Shown piece by piece: positions 1 to 10,602 of a stretch of DNA of 64,000 nt; position 1 is the first letter of the stretch, and each line of letters starts with the position of its first letter. This stretch comes from a virus. The stretch spans positions 20,003-84,002 of the IMG/VR virus record IMGVR_UViG_3300009149_000019; one strand, 5' to 3'. Below the pieces are notes generated by a model. It saw only the letters and a list, made by a program, of their open reading frames with translations, was not told the DNA's origin and searched no databases. The translations under genes and the position numbers were made by a program.

Positions 1-2
1 AT

Positions 3-1196
3 AGTTTCTTTCAGAAGTATGTAACTAAAGGTAGAGAAACTATGATGGATCCTATATGTATCAGCATAGAAGATAAGAAGAATCACAGGAAATTGGTGGT
101 TACTCTTGCTATCTGTGATGATGCTAGAAGGGATACATACGGGTTAGTTAACTTCCTGTTAACACCTCAGGGAACACATATAACTGGTGTAACAAATTCT
201 TTCAGTAATGTTATGCTAGGTCTTATAAGTTCCGGAAAGAAGGCAAAAGAGACTGAAATGTTAGAAAAAGGGGATACAACCATTGGACTTAGAATGATGG
301 TTAGCATCTTTCTTCCTGAGAACATCCTATCTCTTGATGGTCAGACCAAGGAAAAGCTGGAAACAGAGAGGAAGCATTTTCAGGGCTTACTTGATCAGTT
401 TGAAATCCAGCTGGCCTCTGAGCTTAAGTCTCATCCGATGATAGGTGAGATCATAGCACGTATACGTGCTTATCGTGCTAAGCTTGAGCATAGCACTGTT
501 TTTAAAAATAGGTCTGTGCGTGGGATCACTTCTGAGGAAGATATCCTCATAGACTGTACATCCAACAATGGAGAGCTGTACTTGGTAGAGGGTGAGTCTG
601 CTCTTGGTGGATTCAAGATGGCTAGAAATCCTGATTGCCATGCGTTGATACCGATGGGCGGGAAGGTCACTAATCCTATAGCTGCCTCTATGACTAAGCT
701 TCTTAGGAGTAAGGAGTTCTCAAGTCTAGTGCAGGCTCTAGGCATAGGGGCTCGTTTATCCATGGATACAGTGATAGATGTCTCAAAGTTACGGTATCGT
801 CGTATCATAGTGTCTTGCGATGCTGATGATGACGGAAAGCACATTACTGTACTGGTATTAGCTTTCTTCATGCGATGGTATCCAGAGCTTGTTAAAAGCG
901 GCTTCATCTTCGTTGTTGAGGCTCCGCTCTTTAAGGTGACATCCAAAAGAAAAAGGATGCCAGCGTGGTCTTTTAAGGAAGCTCAAGCCTTAATGGATAA
1001 ATTTCCTGGATCTACTCTTACACGATTTAAGGGTTTAGGGGAAATGAATCCTGATGAGGTAAAGGAGTATTTACTTACTCCAAGGTCAAGACGGCTTCTT
1101 CAAATTAAGTGGGCTGATGAAAGCTCAATAGAATACGTGACGGCTCTTCTTAACTCTTCAGAGTTAAGGCAGAAGCTAGTCGATGAAAAGGAGTAA
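3..1196 (+). CDS. Type IIA DNA topoisomerase subunit B (GyrB/ParE-like), 5'-truncated by window edge
   Basis: TOPRIM motifs LYLVEGESA, MGGKVTN, IIVSCDADDDGKHI, RFKGLGEMNP; frame is open from nt 3 to the ATG at 42, so the ATPase domain lies upstream of the window. Confidence 0.93.
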   Translation, partial: SFFQKYVTKGRETMMDPICISIEDKKNHRKLVVTLAICDDARRDTYGLVNFLLTPQGTHITGVTNSFSNVMLGLISSGKKAKETEMLEKGDTTIGLRMMVSIFLPENILSLDGQTKEKLETERKHFQGLLDQFEIQLASELKSHPMIGEIIARIRAYRAKLEHSTVFKNRSVRGITSEEDILIDCTSNNGELYLVEGESALGGFKMARNPDCHALIPMGGKVTNPIAASMTKLLRSKEFSSLVQALGIGARLSMDTVIDVSKLRYRRIIVSCDADDDGKHITVLVLAFFMRWYPELVKSGFIFVVEAPLFKVTSKRKRMPAWSFKEAQALMDKFPGSTLTRFKGLGEMNPDEVKEYLLTPRSRRLLQIKWADESSIEYVTALLNSSELRQKLVDEKE

Positions 1197-1198
1197 TA

Positions 1199-2227
1199 AT
1201 GCCAATTAAGGTAACACATATGAAAGGCCTATCACAAGAGGACCTCACCTCTTTTATGAGAAAAGCAATTAAGAAGGAGGGCGAAACTCAGGGATCTGTT
1301 GTAAGAAAGTCGATCAGATCCTTTTACTGGAGAACCCTCTTTCCAGAGTTTACGGCTGACGTCATTGAGACATGGTTCAGGCGTCAGGAACGCTACAACG
1401 GGACCCGCCAGATGGAGCACGCGGTTTTCATAGCGTATGTTTCTGGGATTTCTGATGGAATACCATGGGCAGTCAACAACTACTGGAGGGGAAACATAGC
1501 ACTCCAGCTTAAACACGCTTTGAGCGTGTGCTTACCTATTAGAGCGTCTATGGGTAAGCTTCCATTTACTTTCTTTCCTCGTATGAACTTTAAGTACGCC
1601 CGCTCCTCAGAGCAGGCAACGCATTTGATAGATGCAACCGCAATGGCACTATTCTTGACTAATGCAAGAATAGAGGATAAGGTTAGCTTTATTGTGGAAA
1701 GTCCGCCAATTTCAGGGTGGCACGAGTCTAATAGAGCATCTGTGCTGTCGGTTCTAGCTTCTGCTAAAAGTACCCAAGAGCTGTATGCCATGATAGAGGT
1801 CCTTTCTACATCTGTTAATAAGGATTTCTATGTAATGGCGTATGCGAAGACATTAGCTGGTGACGTAAGTGAACGCGCCTTTCTTGATATTCTGGAGTCA
1901 GGAGGGCCTGTAGTGGATGACATTGATCCCTTACTACTATTCCCGGTACTGTTTGATAGCCTATCAGCATCAACTGCTATCAAAGTACTGCAGGCCCTTA
2001 ATAGTAATCAGCGCATAAAGGGACGTTCTTTTCTAACGGATGCTGTTCTTCTTGGGATACTATCCAGGAATAGTGAGAACTCCGTTAGAAATATTGTGTT
2101 AACATCAACCCCCGGTGCGGGGAGAGTTGAGGTTCTTCGTAAGAAGAACGAGAATGATATCATACGCATACGTGCTGCGTATGATAAGGCTATGGCCTTG
2201 GCTGGTGAGAAAGAAATGAGTGCTTAG
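1199..2227 (+). CDS. Hypothetical protein between topoisomerase subunit genes
   Basis: 342-aa ORF, AAGGAG SD, starts 2 nt after subunit B stop. Confidence 0.75.
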   Translation: MPIKVTHMKGLSQEDLTSFMRKAIKKEGETQGSVVRKSIRSFYWRTLFPEFTADVIETWFRRQERYNGTRQMEHAVFIAYVSGISDGIPWAVNNYWRGNIALQLKHALSVCLPIRASMGKLPFTFFPRMNFKYARSSEQATHLIDATAMALFLTNARIEDKVSFIVESPPISGWHESNRASVLSVLASAKSTQELYAMIEVLSTSVNKDFYVMAYAKTLAGDVSERAFLDILESGGPVVDDIDPLLLFPVLFDSLSASTAIKVLQALNSNQRIKGRSFLTDAVLLGILSRNSENSVRNIVLTSTPGAGRVEVLRKKNENDIIRIRAAYDKAMALAGEKEMSA

Positions 2228-2234
2228 ATGTATG

Positions 2235-2265
2235 GGGCTGGTATTATAATGGTATCAGCCCTTTT
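2235..2265 (+). terminator. Intrinsic terminator-like hairpin
   Basis: GGGCTGGTATTA-TAA-TGGTATCAGCCC followed by TTTT. Confidence 0.65.
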
Positions 2266-2282
2266 CCTGGAGGAAACCACGA

Positions 2283-3611
2283 ATGAGAGAGAAAATGATA
2301 AGTGTAGACATCGCAGAGGCCATACGGAGTAACTATAAGGCCTTTGGGAAAAAGGAGAATGAGGACCGTAAGATCCCTAAAAGACGTGATGGCCTACGGC
2401 CTGTATCTCGTAGGGTCCTTTACTCCTCATACAAGTGTGGGATTGGAACAAAGTCTATGAAGAGTGCAGTCATCTGTGGAGATTGTTCTGGACACTATCA
2501 TCCTCACAGTGACGACATCATATACGGTGCCCTGGTAACTCTAACAAAGTCTGGGCTGTATGAGACTCAAGGAAATTTTGGGTCTATTCATGGGATGTCT
2601 CCTGCTTCCCCCGCTGCCAAACGGTATACGGACTGCAAATTAACAAAAGAAGCCACAGATATGATGTTTGGCTTAATAGACTTTGTGCCGTACACCAAAA
2701 ATAATTTGAACTTTGAGGAACCTGACTTCCTCCCGACCAAATACCCTCTATGTTACTTCCAGAGTACTCTTAACTCTGGTATTGGTTTTGGTTATAGGGG
2801 TGATTACCCATCTTATAAGCTTGAAGACCTCAAACAGCGTTTGTTCTGGCTTATAAAGCAGAGGAAAACAGAACCAATCATCGAACCCTATTATGGTGAC
2901 TACTTAGAAGTTAAATCTTCAAAAGATGAACTAAAGAGACTTCTGACTACTGGGGAAGGGTCCATTACCTTTGTACCTAAAGTGGTTATCTCCGGACCTA
3001 AAACCATTTCCATCCTTGCGAACAGCATGGCTGGTAATTTTAAGAAGCAGGTCTTTTCAGTGTTTGATGACAAGATGCTCAAAGCTGGACAGGTTGGTAT
3101 TGTAGACAGGTCAACAACCAAGACAGAGGTTGTTATAACTTTCTACGGAAGAGGAATAAATCCGAAGGATTATGTAAAGTTGCTCTCCGATAGACTGTCC
3201 TTCGCTGTATCATACAACTGCATCTTTGTAAATGATGACCGGTCTATCGAGAAGGTGTCTGTTGATCAGATGCTTGTTGAGATATACCAGCAGTACAAGG
3301 ATCTCTTCTTTAAGAAGATTGATTATGATGTTCAGCAGTTACAAAGAAAGATCTCAGACATGGACATAATCGCAAAAATTAGACCATTTCTGAGAAGACA
3401 TCTCGGAAGAGAAGTCACTGCTGAGCTGTCATCTATAATATCAGACCTTTCCAGGAATGCATCAATTCCTGTAGAAGACATCTCCAGGGTCATTGGTGCT
3501 TACAGCATCAAGGTACTCTTAACCTGTAATACAGACAGTACTGCCTTACAGGCAAAAGTTAAGGAGACGACTGCTAAAAAGACTGAAGCAGAAGTCATAT
3601 CTCATTACTAA
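2283..3611 (+). CDS. Type IIA DNA topoisomerase subunit A (GyrA/ParC/T4 gp52-like), no C-terminal pinwheel
   Basis: DGLRPVSRRVLY, YHPHSD, QGNFGS, AAKRYT (catalytic Tyr), EPDFLP; only 442 aa. Confidence 0.93.
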   Translation: MREKMISVDIAEAIRSNYKAFGKKENEDRKIPKRRDGLRPVSRRVLYSSYKCGIGTKSMKSAVICGDCSGHYHPHSDDIIYGALVTLTKSGLYETQGNFGSIHGMSPASPAAKRYTDCKLTKEATDMMFGLIDFVPYTKNNLNFEEPDFLPTKYPLCYFQSTLNSGIGFGYRGDYPSYKLEDLKQRLFWLIKQRKTEPIIEPYYGDYLEVKSSKDELKRLLTTGEGSITFVPKVVISGPKTISILANSMAGNFKKQVFSVFDDKMLKAGQVGIVDRSTTKTEVVITFYGRGINPKDYVKLLSDRLSFAVSYNCIFVNDDRSIEKVSVDQMLVEIYQQYKDLFFKKIDYDVQQLQRKISDMDIIAKIRPFLRRHLGREVTAELSSIISDLSRNASIPVEDISRVIGAYSIKVLLTCNTDSTALQAKVKETTAKKTEAEVISHY

Positions 3612-3629
3612 TAATTTAAAGGGGGTTTC

Positions 3630-5234
3630 ATGGTAACCGTGAGCTCTTTTACATATTTACAGCATAATAGTATGCTGGAAATTACCCTATCATCGGACAA
3701 TGACACCCCTCTTTCGGATAAGTGGTTAGCGCACCAAGATGGTCTATTTAGGGAGGGTGCCTCTGACTCATTCGAAGTAGTTGGTAGCAGCAGTACTACA
3801 CGGCTAACAGGTTGTTACAAAGCTCAAAAGGAGCTTCAGTTACTAGTACAAGTAAAGGAGAACGGACCTAATGACAGTGTTACTGATGTAACGTTAGAAA
3901 TAGACTCGCTGGGTTTTATCCTTAAGGTTATTATCCATAAATATAACTGGAAGAAGGAGTACTACAAGGAACCATGCGACGTCCTTTACAGGGAGACTCC
4001 TGAGAAGGAGGCATTATTTAGAATGGTAGCAGGTAAACGTCTGTCTTCCGTGGCAGATACACTTTTGTTTATGGATAAAAGTGTATATGACTTACCATGC
4101 TTTGCTAAGGCTATTTATTATAAAAGCCTTGCACAGGGAAACCTGGCGTCATTTCAGTTTACATACAGAAGCGCTGACCTTGCGCATAATGGCACCAATA
4201 GGAGGTCATACCAGAACATGCTACACTTGCTGCCATTAGCAGAGGCAATGGTACAAAACCCAGAATCGCCTTTACTAAGGCGTGTTGTAAGCTCTGCAGG
4301 AAATGAAGGACACGCGATTCATTTCTTGTATGCACTTACACATGGGAAAGTGACCACTAAGAGGGCAGCTACTTATGGTGTAGGGCTTATAGTGGAGGCA
4401 CGCGGTACTGTGTCTCTTGAGTTAGTAGAAGTGATAATGGAGTATATAGGAAAGCAAGGACTGAGCAGCCCCAGGCTACTCAACATGATTGTTAAGTCAA
4501 AACATGTTGGGAAGTTCATAAAGGCAAGCTCTGGAGAAGTGAGAGAAGATCTTATTAGCAAGTTCTCTGCCCTTAATGTAAGTGATATCCATGGAGATAC
4601 TCTACAAGACCTCATGTTGCATGATTGTTTTGGGATACCAGAAGTGGTAGAAAAGGCAAGAGAGGTCTTGTTCTTTCTAATCACTTCCTGGGAAGACTTC
4701 CCTTATTTTGATGGTGATAGCCCTCCCAGGCCTAAGGTACACTATGAAAGTAAAGAGTCCTTCATTACCTTTGCTACTCGTGGGGAATGGCCACAAGAGT
4801 TTGAGGACATCTATCTTTTCTTCCCAACCACTAAGATAATGTACTATCTCTACAGGATAGAGGCAGGAGAGGCCGGGCTTATCACCTACTTTGAAGATAC
4901 CTGGGTTCTAAGTCAACTAGTCAGCTCTGTAACTACTTATCCTAGATTATTGATGTGGTTCTTAGGGGTGTTTAGTAGAGTTTTATACTCTGAGGACCAT
5001 CTTGACATCCTGAAAGAGTGTCCTAGTCTAATGGAACTGCGTTCTGGGCTTTTGTATGAACGGGAGTTTCTCATAGGCACACATACGCCAACTATACGTA
5101 AGTTGATACATCTTCTTACTAACGACTTTAGCTGGTGTTGTGGGTACTCGCATCTAGGGCTAGTGTTGTCGATGGATGAGGCAACGGAAAATACGAGAAC
5201 TCTTTCTAATACTGCTTTAAGGCTAGAAAAATAA
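3630..5234 (+). CDS. Hypothetical protein
   Basis: 534-aa ORF with SD; no recognised motif. Confidence 0.75.
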   Translation: MVTVSSFTYLQHNSMLEITLSSDNDTPLSDKWLAHQDGLFREGASDSFEVVGSSSTTRLTGCYKAQKELQLLVQVKENGPNDSVTDVTLEIDSLGFILKVIIHKYNWKKEYYKEPCDVLYRETPEKEALFRMVAGKRLSSVADTLLFMDKSVYDLPCFAKAIYYKSLAQGNLASFQFTYRSADLAHNGTNRRSYQNMLHLLPLAEAMVQNPESPLLRRVVSSAGNEGHAIHFLYALTHGKVTTKRAATYGVGLIVEARGTVSLELVEVIMEYIGKQGLSSPRLLNMIVKSKHVGKFIKASSGEVREDLISKFSALNVSDIHGDTLQDLMLHDCFGIPEVVEKAREVLFFLITSWEDFPYFDGDSPPRPKVHYESKESFITFATRGEWPQEFEDIYLFFPTTKIMYYLYRIEAGEAGLITYFEDTWVLSQLVSSVTTYPRLLMWFLGVFSRVLYSEDHLDILKECPSLMELRSGLLYEREFLIGTHTPTIRKLIHLLTNDFSWCCGYSHLGLVLSMDEATENTRTLSNTALRLEK

Positions 5235-5245
5235 GAGGAGGGGTT

Positions 5246-6673
5246 ATGACAACCATATGGTGCTTACTTATTCCCCCAAGTGAATGTAAGTATCTTCATA
5301 AAAAGATAGAAATGACTACAGTACTAATGGAAGAAAATGGGCATAGGCCCATTTTTTCTATCTTTGGGAGTGAGTTTCCAATAATACGAATACAGAAAAA
5401 GTATCCGTATTACCTAATTACTGTAGACAAAGAGGTACCCTTTGGGTGCACGGAGGTTACGTGCAATGTTACATTTACTCTATCCCAGATTGTGTGTGGG
5501 ATTCATGTGAGGGTGCCAATAAGGAAGAGAGCGCTGTTCAATAGAAAGCAGGAAATTGACAGCATGAGCAGATCCGATGCGGTCCCTTACCTCATGCATA
5601 AGTTAGACTATGGGATGAGTGTCTCGTATAAAGAGATGTATAGTGTGGTATCTACCCTGTTCTATAAGATAGATGCGGGGGCGATGACACACTACCTTTT
5701 TATTAAAAAGGTAGTTAGTGCTGGCTATAGCTCAAAGCTATTAGTGTGTTGTATTAATTACTGGGATAAGAACCACAGTCTCGGATCATTCCAAGGACTT
5801 CCCCTCATAGCCGTGCTGGAAGCCTTATACGCTTTCGGTGCGAATCGAAAGCTTGTGGTAAAGGCAGTGGCTATCATGTTTAAGAAATTCCACATGTCTC
5901 ATGTGATGCTAACAGACCATCAGTTTCCAGTGCCTTTCTTTAGGAAGCTTGGGTGTCCGAAGGAGCTTGAGTTTCTAATGATACATACTAGGAACGTGGA
6001 AAGCCTAGTAACGGACCTCTCGACCATAGCAACACCGGACAGCATCTATGGTGTTCTGAAGAATGGATCTTCTTTTTACTTAAGAAGATTAGCCAAGGAG
6101 ACGGGTAATCATGATCTTGGGTTATGTAGCCTACAGACGGATAGCGCCCTAGGCTCTATCAGGGCTGCATACGATAGAAAACTAGACCTGAATGAGATCA
6201 TACCAAATGCGTACCATTCCTATGGCAAGGACGCACGGGCAACTATGATGGGTCTAATAACTGATAGTGTTCATCAGTGCTTATCTCGCACGAACATATA
6301 TGGTAGTTCAGAGGTGGCACTACGTTTTCTTCCGGAGAACCTATTTAGTACTGGGTGGCCGACACAAAACTCGCAAAAGTTTGTGGACATTCTAGAAAAG
6401 CTCTTACGTGGGCAAGCACATTTGCTTGACGATGAAGTGCTAAAGTACCTTCTTACTACAAACAATTCCTTTTCTAGTGATCCGTTATACAGGCACTCTG
6501 TATTACGATGTATCACTAATGATACACGGATAGCTCAGGTGTTACTCAGAGTCACCCCGGATAAGGGGGAGATTATAGCAGCATTTAGGAAAAAGAGAAG
6601 AACGTATAAAAATGCCTACGCTACTATGCTAAAGAGGGTTCTTAAAGAAAGAAAAAAGAGAAAGGAGAAATAA
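5246..6673 (+). CDS. Hypothetical protein with basic C-terminal tail
   Basis: 475-aa ORF, GAGGAGG SD. Confidence 0.75.
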   Translation: MTTIWCLLIPPSECKYLHKKIEMTTVLMEENGHRPIFSIFGSEFPIIRIQKKYPYYLITVDKEVPFGCTEVTCNVTFTLSQIVCGIHVRVPIRKRALFNRKQEIDSMSRSDAVPYLMHKLDYGMSVSYKEMYSVVSTLFYKIDAGAMTHYLFIKKVVSAGYSSKLLVCCINYWDKNHSLGSFQGLPLIAVLEALYAFGANRKLVVKAVAIMFKKFHMSHVMLTDHQFPVPFFRKLGCPKELEFLMIHTRNVESLVTDLSTIATPDSIYGVLKNGSSFYLRRLAKETGNHDLGLCSLQTDSALGSIRAAYDRKLDLNEIIPNAYHSYGKDARATMMGLITDSVHQCLSRTNIYGSSEVALRFLPENLFSTGWPTQNSQKFVDILEKLLRGQAHLLDDEVLKYLLTTNNSFSSDPLYRHSVLRCITNDTRIAQVLLRVTPDKGEIIAAFRKKRRTYKNAYATMLKRVLKERKKRKEK

Positions 6674-7167
6674 TGGAATTAGAAAAAGAGAAACTAAAAG
6701 AAATGAAAGAATTTCTTACTAATAAGAGGAAGGAGTCTGGGTTTGAGTGGATAGTTAATAAAGACTCGGATAGTGTGGGCCCAAGACTGGCACACTATAT
6801 CATGAACGACTGGAAGGACCTCGATTGGTATGCAGATGAAGATATAGCCATACTTCTAGACGGGTTTCGATACTCTAGTACCTTTGAAGACACTTCACGT
6901 CTTTTTCATGCGCTAGTGTACGTGAGCATCTATTATATCCATGATGCATACACTAAAGAGAGGGTCATGGCTGGCGTTCGCAGAGCGCTAGGAAGCATGT
7001 CCTCATCTAATCTTAAAATGTTATTGTTGTATAAAGAGGCACCAGAACGCCTTCAGGCGAGCATCTCTGAGCTTCTGAAGGAGAGGGGAAACGATGGGAA
7101 AAAAGAAAAAAAGAGTAAAGTTACCAGAAGAAGCGGCAAAGGAGATACTGCAGAGTCTAGAGGATAG
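6673..7167 (+). CDS. Trp-repeat family protein (WxDxDWY cap) with shared helical box
   Basis: DWKDLDWYADED; SMSSSNLKMLLLYKEAPERLQASISELLKER. Confidence 0.75.
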   Translation: MELEKEKLKEMKEFLTNKRKESGFEWIVNKDSDSVGPRLAHYIMNDWKDLDWYADEDIAILLDGFRYSSTFEDTSRLFHALVYVSIYYIHDAYTKERVMAGVRRALGSMSSSNLKMLLLYKEAPERLQASISELLKERGNDGKKEKKSKVTRRSGKGDTAESRG

Positions 7168-7525
7168 AGGGTTCTTCACATTAATGGCTAAGGCTGGTGT
7201 AAACCCTACCTACTCTTCTGAAATAAAAGAAGTTGTCGATGACATGTTTACCTCAGGGTACACACACGGGCGCGAAGAGGGCTTTGATGCCGGATACGAA
7301 GACGGCTACAACGAGGGGAATGCAGACGGAAAAAAAGCAATGGAAGAGGTAGCGTATGAAATGGCCTTTACTGCCCTCAAGAAACAAATTGTAGATGGTG
7401 TTCTATATGCTTTATTAAAAGATTTAAACAAGGGCCATCCATCCATTATGAGGATGATCCTAATGAAGCATGGCAAAAATGATGTACTTAGGGAAGTCAT
7501 CAAAAGGGTCATGGCTGAAAAATAG
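7094..7525 (+). CDS. Hypothetical protein with GxxxG (FliH/Yae1-like) repeat and C-terminal box
   Basis: GYTHGREEGFDAGYEDGYNEGNADG; HPSIMRMILMKHGKNDVLREVIKRVM. Confidence 0.7.
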   Translation: MGKKKKRVKLPEEAAKEILQSLEDRGFFTLMAKAGVNPTYSSEIKEVVDDMFTSGYTHGREEGFDAGYEDGYNEGNADGKKAMEEVAYEMAFTALKKQIVDGVLYALLKDLNKGHPSIMRMILMKHGKNDVLREVIKRVMAEK

Positions 7526-7537
7526 AAAGGAGTAAAA

Positions 7538-8449
7538 ATGACTGAAAAAGAATGTGAATTTCTAAGATTCTCCGAGGAATTTAGCTCTTGGGGGAAAAAT
7601 ATATACGTTGGAATAAGAGACGTGTGGGCATACTGCACTATGATAAAGAACCTGATAGATTCCGGAGTGATTACTGTTGATGTAGAAAAACTGAAGACAT
7701 TCAATCCCTCCAAATGCCAGAAAGCGATTGGTTGTATATACATTATGGCAACCAAGGATCCTATATTTAAGAAGAAGGGGCATATGGCTCTACGCATTGC
7801 GTACCATATGGCTACCGATTTCAAGGACAGCCCTCTGGACGATAAGAGTAGTTCTGTAAAGGAGCTTATCCTTTACCATAAGCCAGAGTTGAAACCATGC
7901 TTCGTTAGTAAGGATTTTAAGAAGCTATCCCCATCACAGAGGAAGGAGACATATTTCCAGATTGGAAAAGAACATGCCAAAGGTGACGCATCGTACCATG
8001 TCAGAGCATCCGCTTATTATCGTAAGGGGGGCTGGAGTGATTTTGACTGGTATACAGACAAAGAGTTGTCTTTAGTCAGTATGGGAATCTGGGAAGCTAC
8101 TCTGTTTAGTACTGAAGAAGCGCCAGCTACTTTTGTATTAAAGAAAATGCTTAAGACAAAGAGCGGGGTGAAGAAGATAATAACTGGAACTAGGGCATGG
8201 AACATATGGTGTACCCAGAATCGACATTCTGAGAATTACCCTATTATGTGGCTCACCTTGAAGGACCAGTACATGAGTAAGGCCTCTACGTTTTTCTCGT
8301 ACGCTTCCGGATCTATGCTAACCACGGCTGTCCTTAACTGTGGTAATGAGCAGGCTTCTGATGTTTTACAGAAGGCACTATGTATAAAAGCAGCTAGAAA
8401 CGCTGCTAATGCTAAGGAGGGCTTATGCCAAACTGGTGTAGCAACATAG
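7538..8449 (+). CDS. Trp-repeat family protein with C-terminal box
   Basis: DASYHVRASAYYRKGGWSDFDWYTDKE; SGSMLTTAVLNCGNEQASDVLQKAL. Confidence 0.75.
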   Translation: MTEKECEFLRFSEEFSSWGKNIYVGIRDVWAYCTMIKNLIDSGVITVDVEKLKTFNPSKCQKAIGCIYIMATKDPIFKKKGHMALRIAYHMATDFKDSPLDDKSSSVKELILYHKPELKPCFVSKDFKKLSPSQRKETYFQIGKEHAKGDASYHVRASAYYRKGGWSDFDWYTDKELSLVSMGIWEATLFSTEEAPATFVLKKMLKTKSGVKKIITGTRAWNIWCTQNRHSENYPIMWLTLKDQYMSKASTFFSYASGSMLTTAVLNCGNEQASDVLQKALCIKAARNAANAKEGLCQTGVAT

Positions 8450-8979
8450 TAAAGATATATGGTAGCGATGAGCACCTCCAGGAGTTTATGGAGCGTGTAA
8501 GCGGCTACCATGCTATCTATGGTAATGATCATCCTGAGTATTGGATGGAGGTCCTATCAAAAAAGCATCCATTTTGTTTTAATGCAATCCTGCCCTCTCC
8601 ACCAGAGGTTAGTTTAGGAACATACAGCAACAATGGGTTTGGTTGGTGTGTGGAAAACTGGGGAACAAAATGGGATATACATTCGGATGACACTTTCTAT
8701 AATGAAGATCCGGATGACTGTGACCTCTCTCTGAGCTTCTCTACAGCCTGGGGCCCTCCCTTAGGTGTGTACAACGAGCTAGCCCAGCTTTTCCCTAACC
8801 TTGTCTTTGACATGTTCTGGATTGAACTTGGGATGGCTTTTGGTGGACATCTACATATAGAGAAGGGACAGCAGACAATATCTGAGATATCTAGTGATGA
8901 GCCAGAGTACCGAACCCTTGCAGAAGATATCTTTGATATAGATTCGTCTAGCTTTATTGATGAAGAAGAGGATCTCTAA
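8425..8979 (+). CDS. YubB/DUF1281-like ferredoxin-fold protein
   Basis: MPNWCSN start, WCVENWGTKWD, FSTAWGPP. Confidence 0.8.
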   Translation: MPNWCSNIVKIYGSDEHLQEFMERVSGYHAIYGNDHPEYWMEVLSKKHPFCFNAILPSPPEVSLGTYSNNGFGWCVENWGTKWDIHSDDTFYNEDPDDCDLSLSFSTAWGPPLGVYNELAQLFPNLVFDMFWIELGMAFGGHLHIEKGQQTISEISSDEPEYRTLAEDIFDIDSSSFIDEEEDL

Positions 8980-9021
8980 TGGACACACGAGTTCCTAAAA
9001 AGATTATTATAAGGAGGTTCC

Positions 9022-9375
9022 ATGTGGTATAAACCAGAAGGAACTAGTGTTATCTGTAAGGAAAACTTTGCAGATATTCTAGAGGAAGTTGGATTTAAGC
9101 TTCCTGAAAAGGGAAAAAGCGCCCTCCTGTACTGGCTTGACAGGCACTGTATCGCACGGGTTGCGGTATCAAAAAGTGGGTATGTAGTGACAAGCTGGGA
9201 ACAGGCGGTTGAAGATGGAGTTCCCCCATCAGTTCAAATGTTGAGGATTGATAATATAACTGGGGAGATACAACTCATATTCATAACAGAAGTAGCCAAC
9301 GGTTGCTGTAAGACTCTGTTGGGAAGAGAAGTATCTCTCCAGGTGTCTCGGTTTGTTATTGAGGCCTTAGGGTAG
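9022..9375 (+). CDS. Hypothetical protein
   Basis: AAGGAGG SD, 117 aa. Confidence 0.7.
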   Translation: MWYKPEGTSVICKENFADILEEVGFKLPEKGKSALLYWLDRHCIARVAVSKSGYVVTSWEQAVEDGVPPSVQMLRIDNITGEIQLIFITEVANGCCKTLLGREVSLQVSRFVIEALG

Positions 9376-9379
9376 CACC

Positions 9380-9973
9380 ATGCACAGTAGATTGTATTAT
9401 ATGATGGAGCATGCCGTAAAGGACAACATAATCGATTTTGAAGAGTTTTATGAGGATGATGCCTCCATATTTGATGTGGCACAACACAGTCCTATATGTT
9501 CTGGTATTGACTATGTAGCAGAACCAGATAATTTAGAGGAGGATATGTCTTATGTCCATGATAACATTTTTGGATCATTGTCAAAAGTAGAACATGGGGT
9601 TTTACGTATTCCGCCTGTGGCTATGGAGTTCTATGTGGACAAGGTAAAGTGGGTACCGGTGGAAACAGCACGTAAGAGCTTTGAAGAGTTGACCTCATTG
9701 TATGCACGGTTAGTTAACGGCAACTATGTAAATGGCGGAGCAGGGGGTGTTTTATACCATTTTAAGCAAGAACTCTCTATTATGCGTTATAACGGAGCCC
9801 CTTCTCTGGAATGGGCAGGTTCCTCTTTCGGAGATTTCGTGGTTACTACATTAGCTAGGCCCTACCTAACCATCTATGATTCATTTATGGTTAAGGCCCT
9901 CTTTATTGACCACCTGGCAACTAAACCAGCTACAGTATTTTCAATAATACAGATTTTTGACTATCACTGTTAA
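9380..9973 (+). CDS. Hypothetical protein
   Basis: 197-aa ORF in operon; ends FDYHC. Confidence 0.7.
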   Translation: MHSRLYYMMEHAVKDNIIDFEEFYEDDASIFDVAQHSPICSGIDYVAEPDNLEEDMSYVHDNIFGSLSKVEHGVLRIPPVAMEFYVDKVKWVPVETARKSFEELTSLYARLVNGNYVNGGAGGVLYHFKQELSIMRYNGAPSLEWAGSSFGDFVVTTLARPYLTIYDSFMVKALFIDHLATKPATVFSIIQIFDYHC

Positions 9974-9981
9974 AGGAGTGC

Positions 9982-10602
9982 TTGATGCTGAACCTTATGT
10001 CACATGGATGTATGAGAAAGGATCAAGAGGAGCCCTTTGACTTTAGCACATTACAGGATCTTGGTATAGCTGCTAAGTTGGGAAGACTGGAGCCTTTTCT
10101 TTCTTTTTCCACAGATGCGCTGGTGTCTAGCTATCAAAAAAGCGCAGCTCATATGCTGTTGTGTGTGGCTGCGACTAATGGAAACACACAGGTGGTCTCA
10201 CACTTACTTAATAGTGGAGTAGGCCCAAAGTCTAGGGACTGTTCCCCTTTTGTACACGAAGGTGGCTTGTCACCGTTAGCTCGAGCGCTCATCTTTGACC
10301 AGGACGCGTGTGCTCTTGTTTTAGCAAGAGCGGGGGCGTGGCTAGATGACTACGATATTTTACTTGGAAGCTGCCCACTGCTTGTGCTAGTGTCTAGGTT
10401 CCCTACTGATGACTGCTATAGGTATGCTGATTACTTATTCGGAAATGTGGATAGTGCTCTAAAGTCGTTGTCTATCTCAGGTCGAGATGACACCGTCAGG
10501 ATGGCAGCAATCGCAGTCCTACAGAGAAAAACTGTGGCCAACCACCACGCAAGGAGGTTTAATGGCTCGAAAACTCATCATCCTCTTCCAAAAACCATCT
10601 GA
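9982..10602 (+). CDS. Ankyrin-repeat-like protein
   Basis: LLCVAATNGNTQVVSHLLNSG; GLSPLARAL..CALVLARAGA. Confidence 0.65.
   Translation: MMLNLMSHGCMRKDQEEPFDFSTLQDLGIAAKLGRLEPFLSFSTDALVSSYQKSAAHMLLCVAATNGNTQVVSHLLNSGVGPKSRDCSPFVHEGGLSPLARALIFDQDACALVLARAGAWLDDYDILLGSCPLLVLVSRFPTDDCYRYADYLFGNVDSALKSLSISGRDDTVRMAAIAVLQRKTVANHHARRFNGSKTHHPLPKTI

Noticed and set aside
42-1196. GyrB naturally lacking its ATPase domain (split subunit)
   Set aside because: The frame is open back to the window edge, so truncation by the window explains it.
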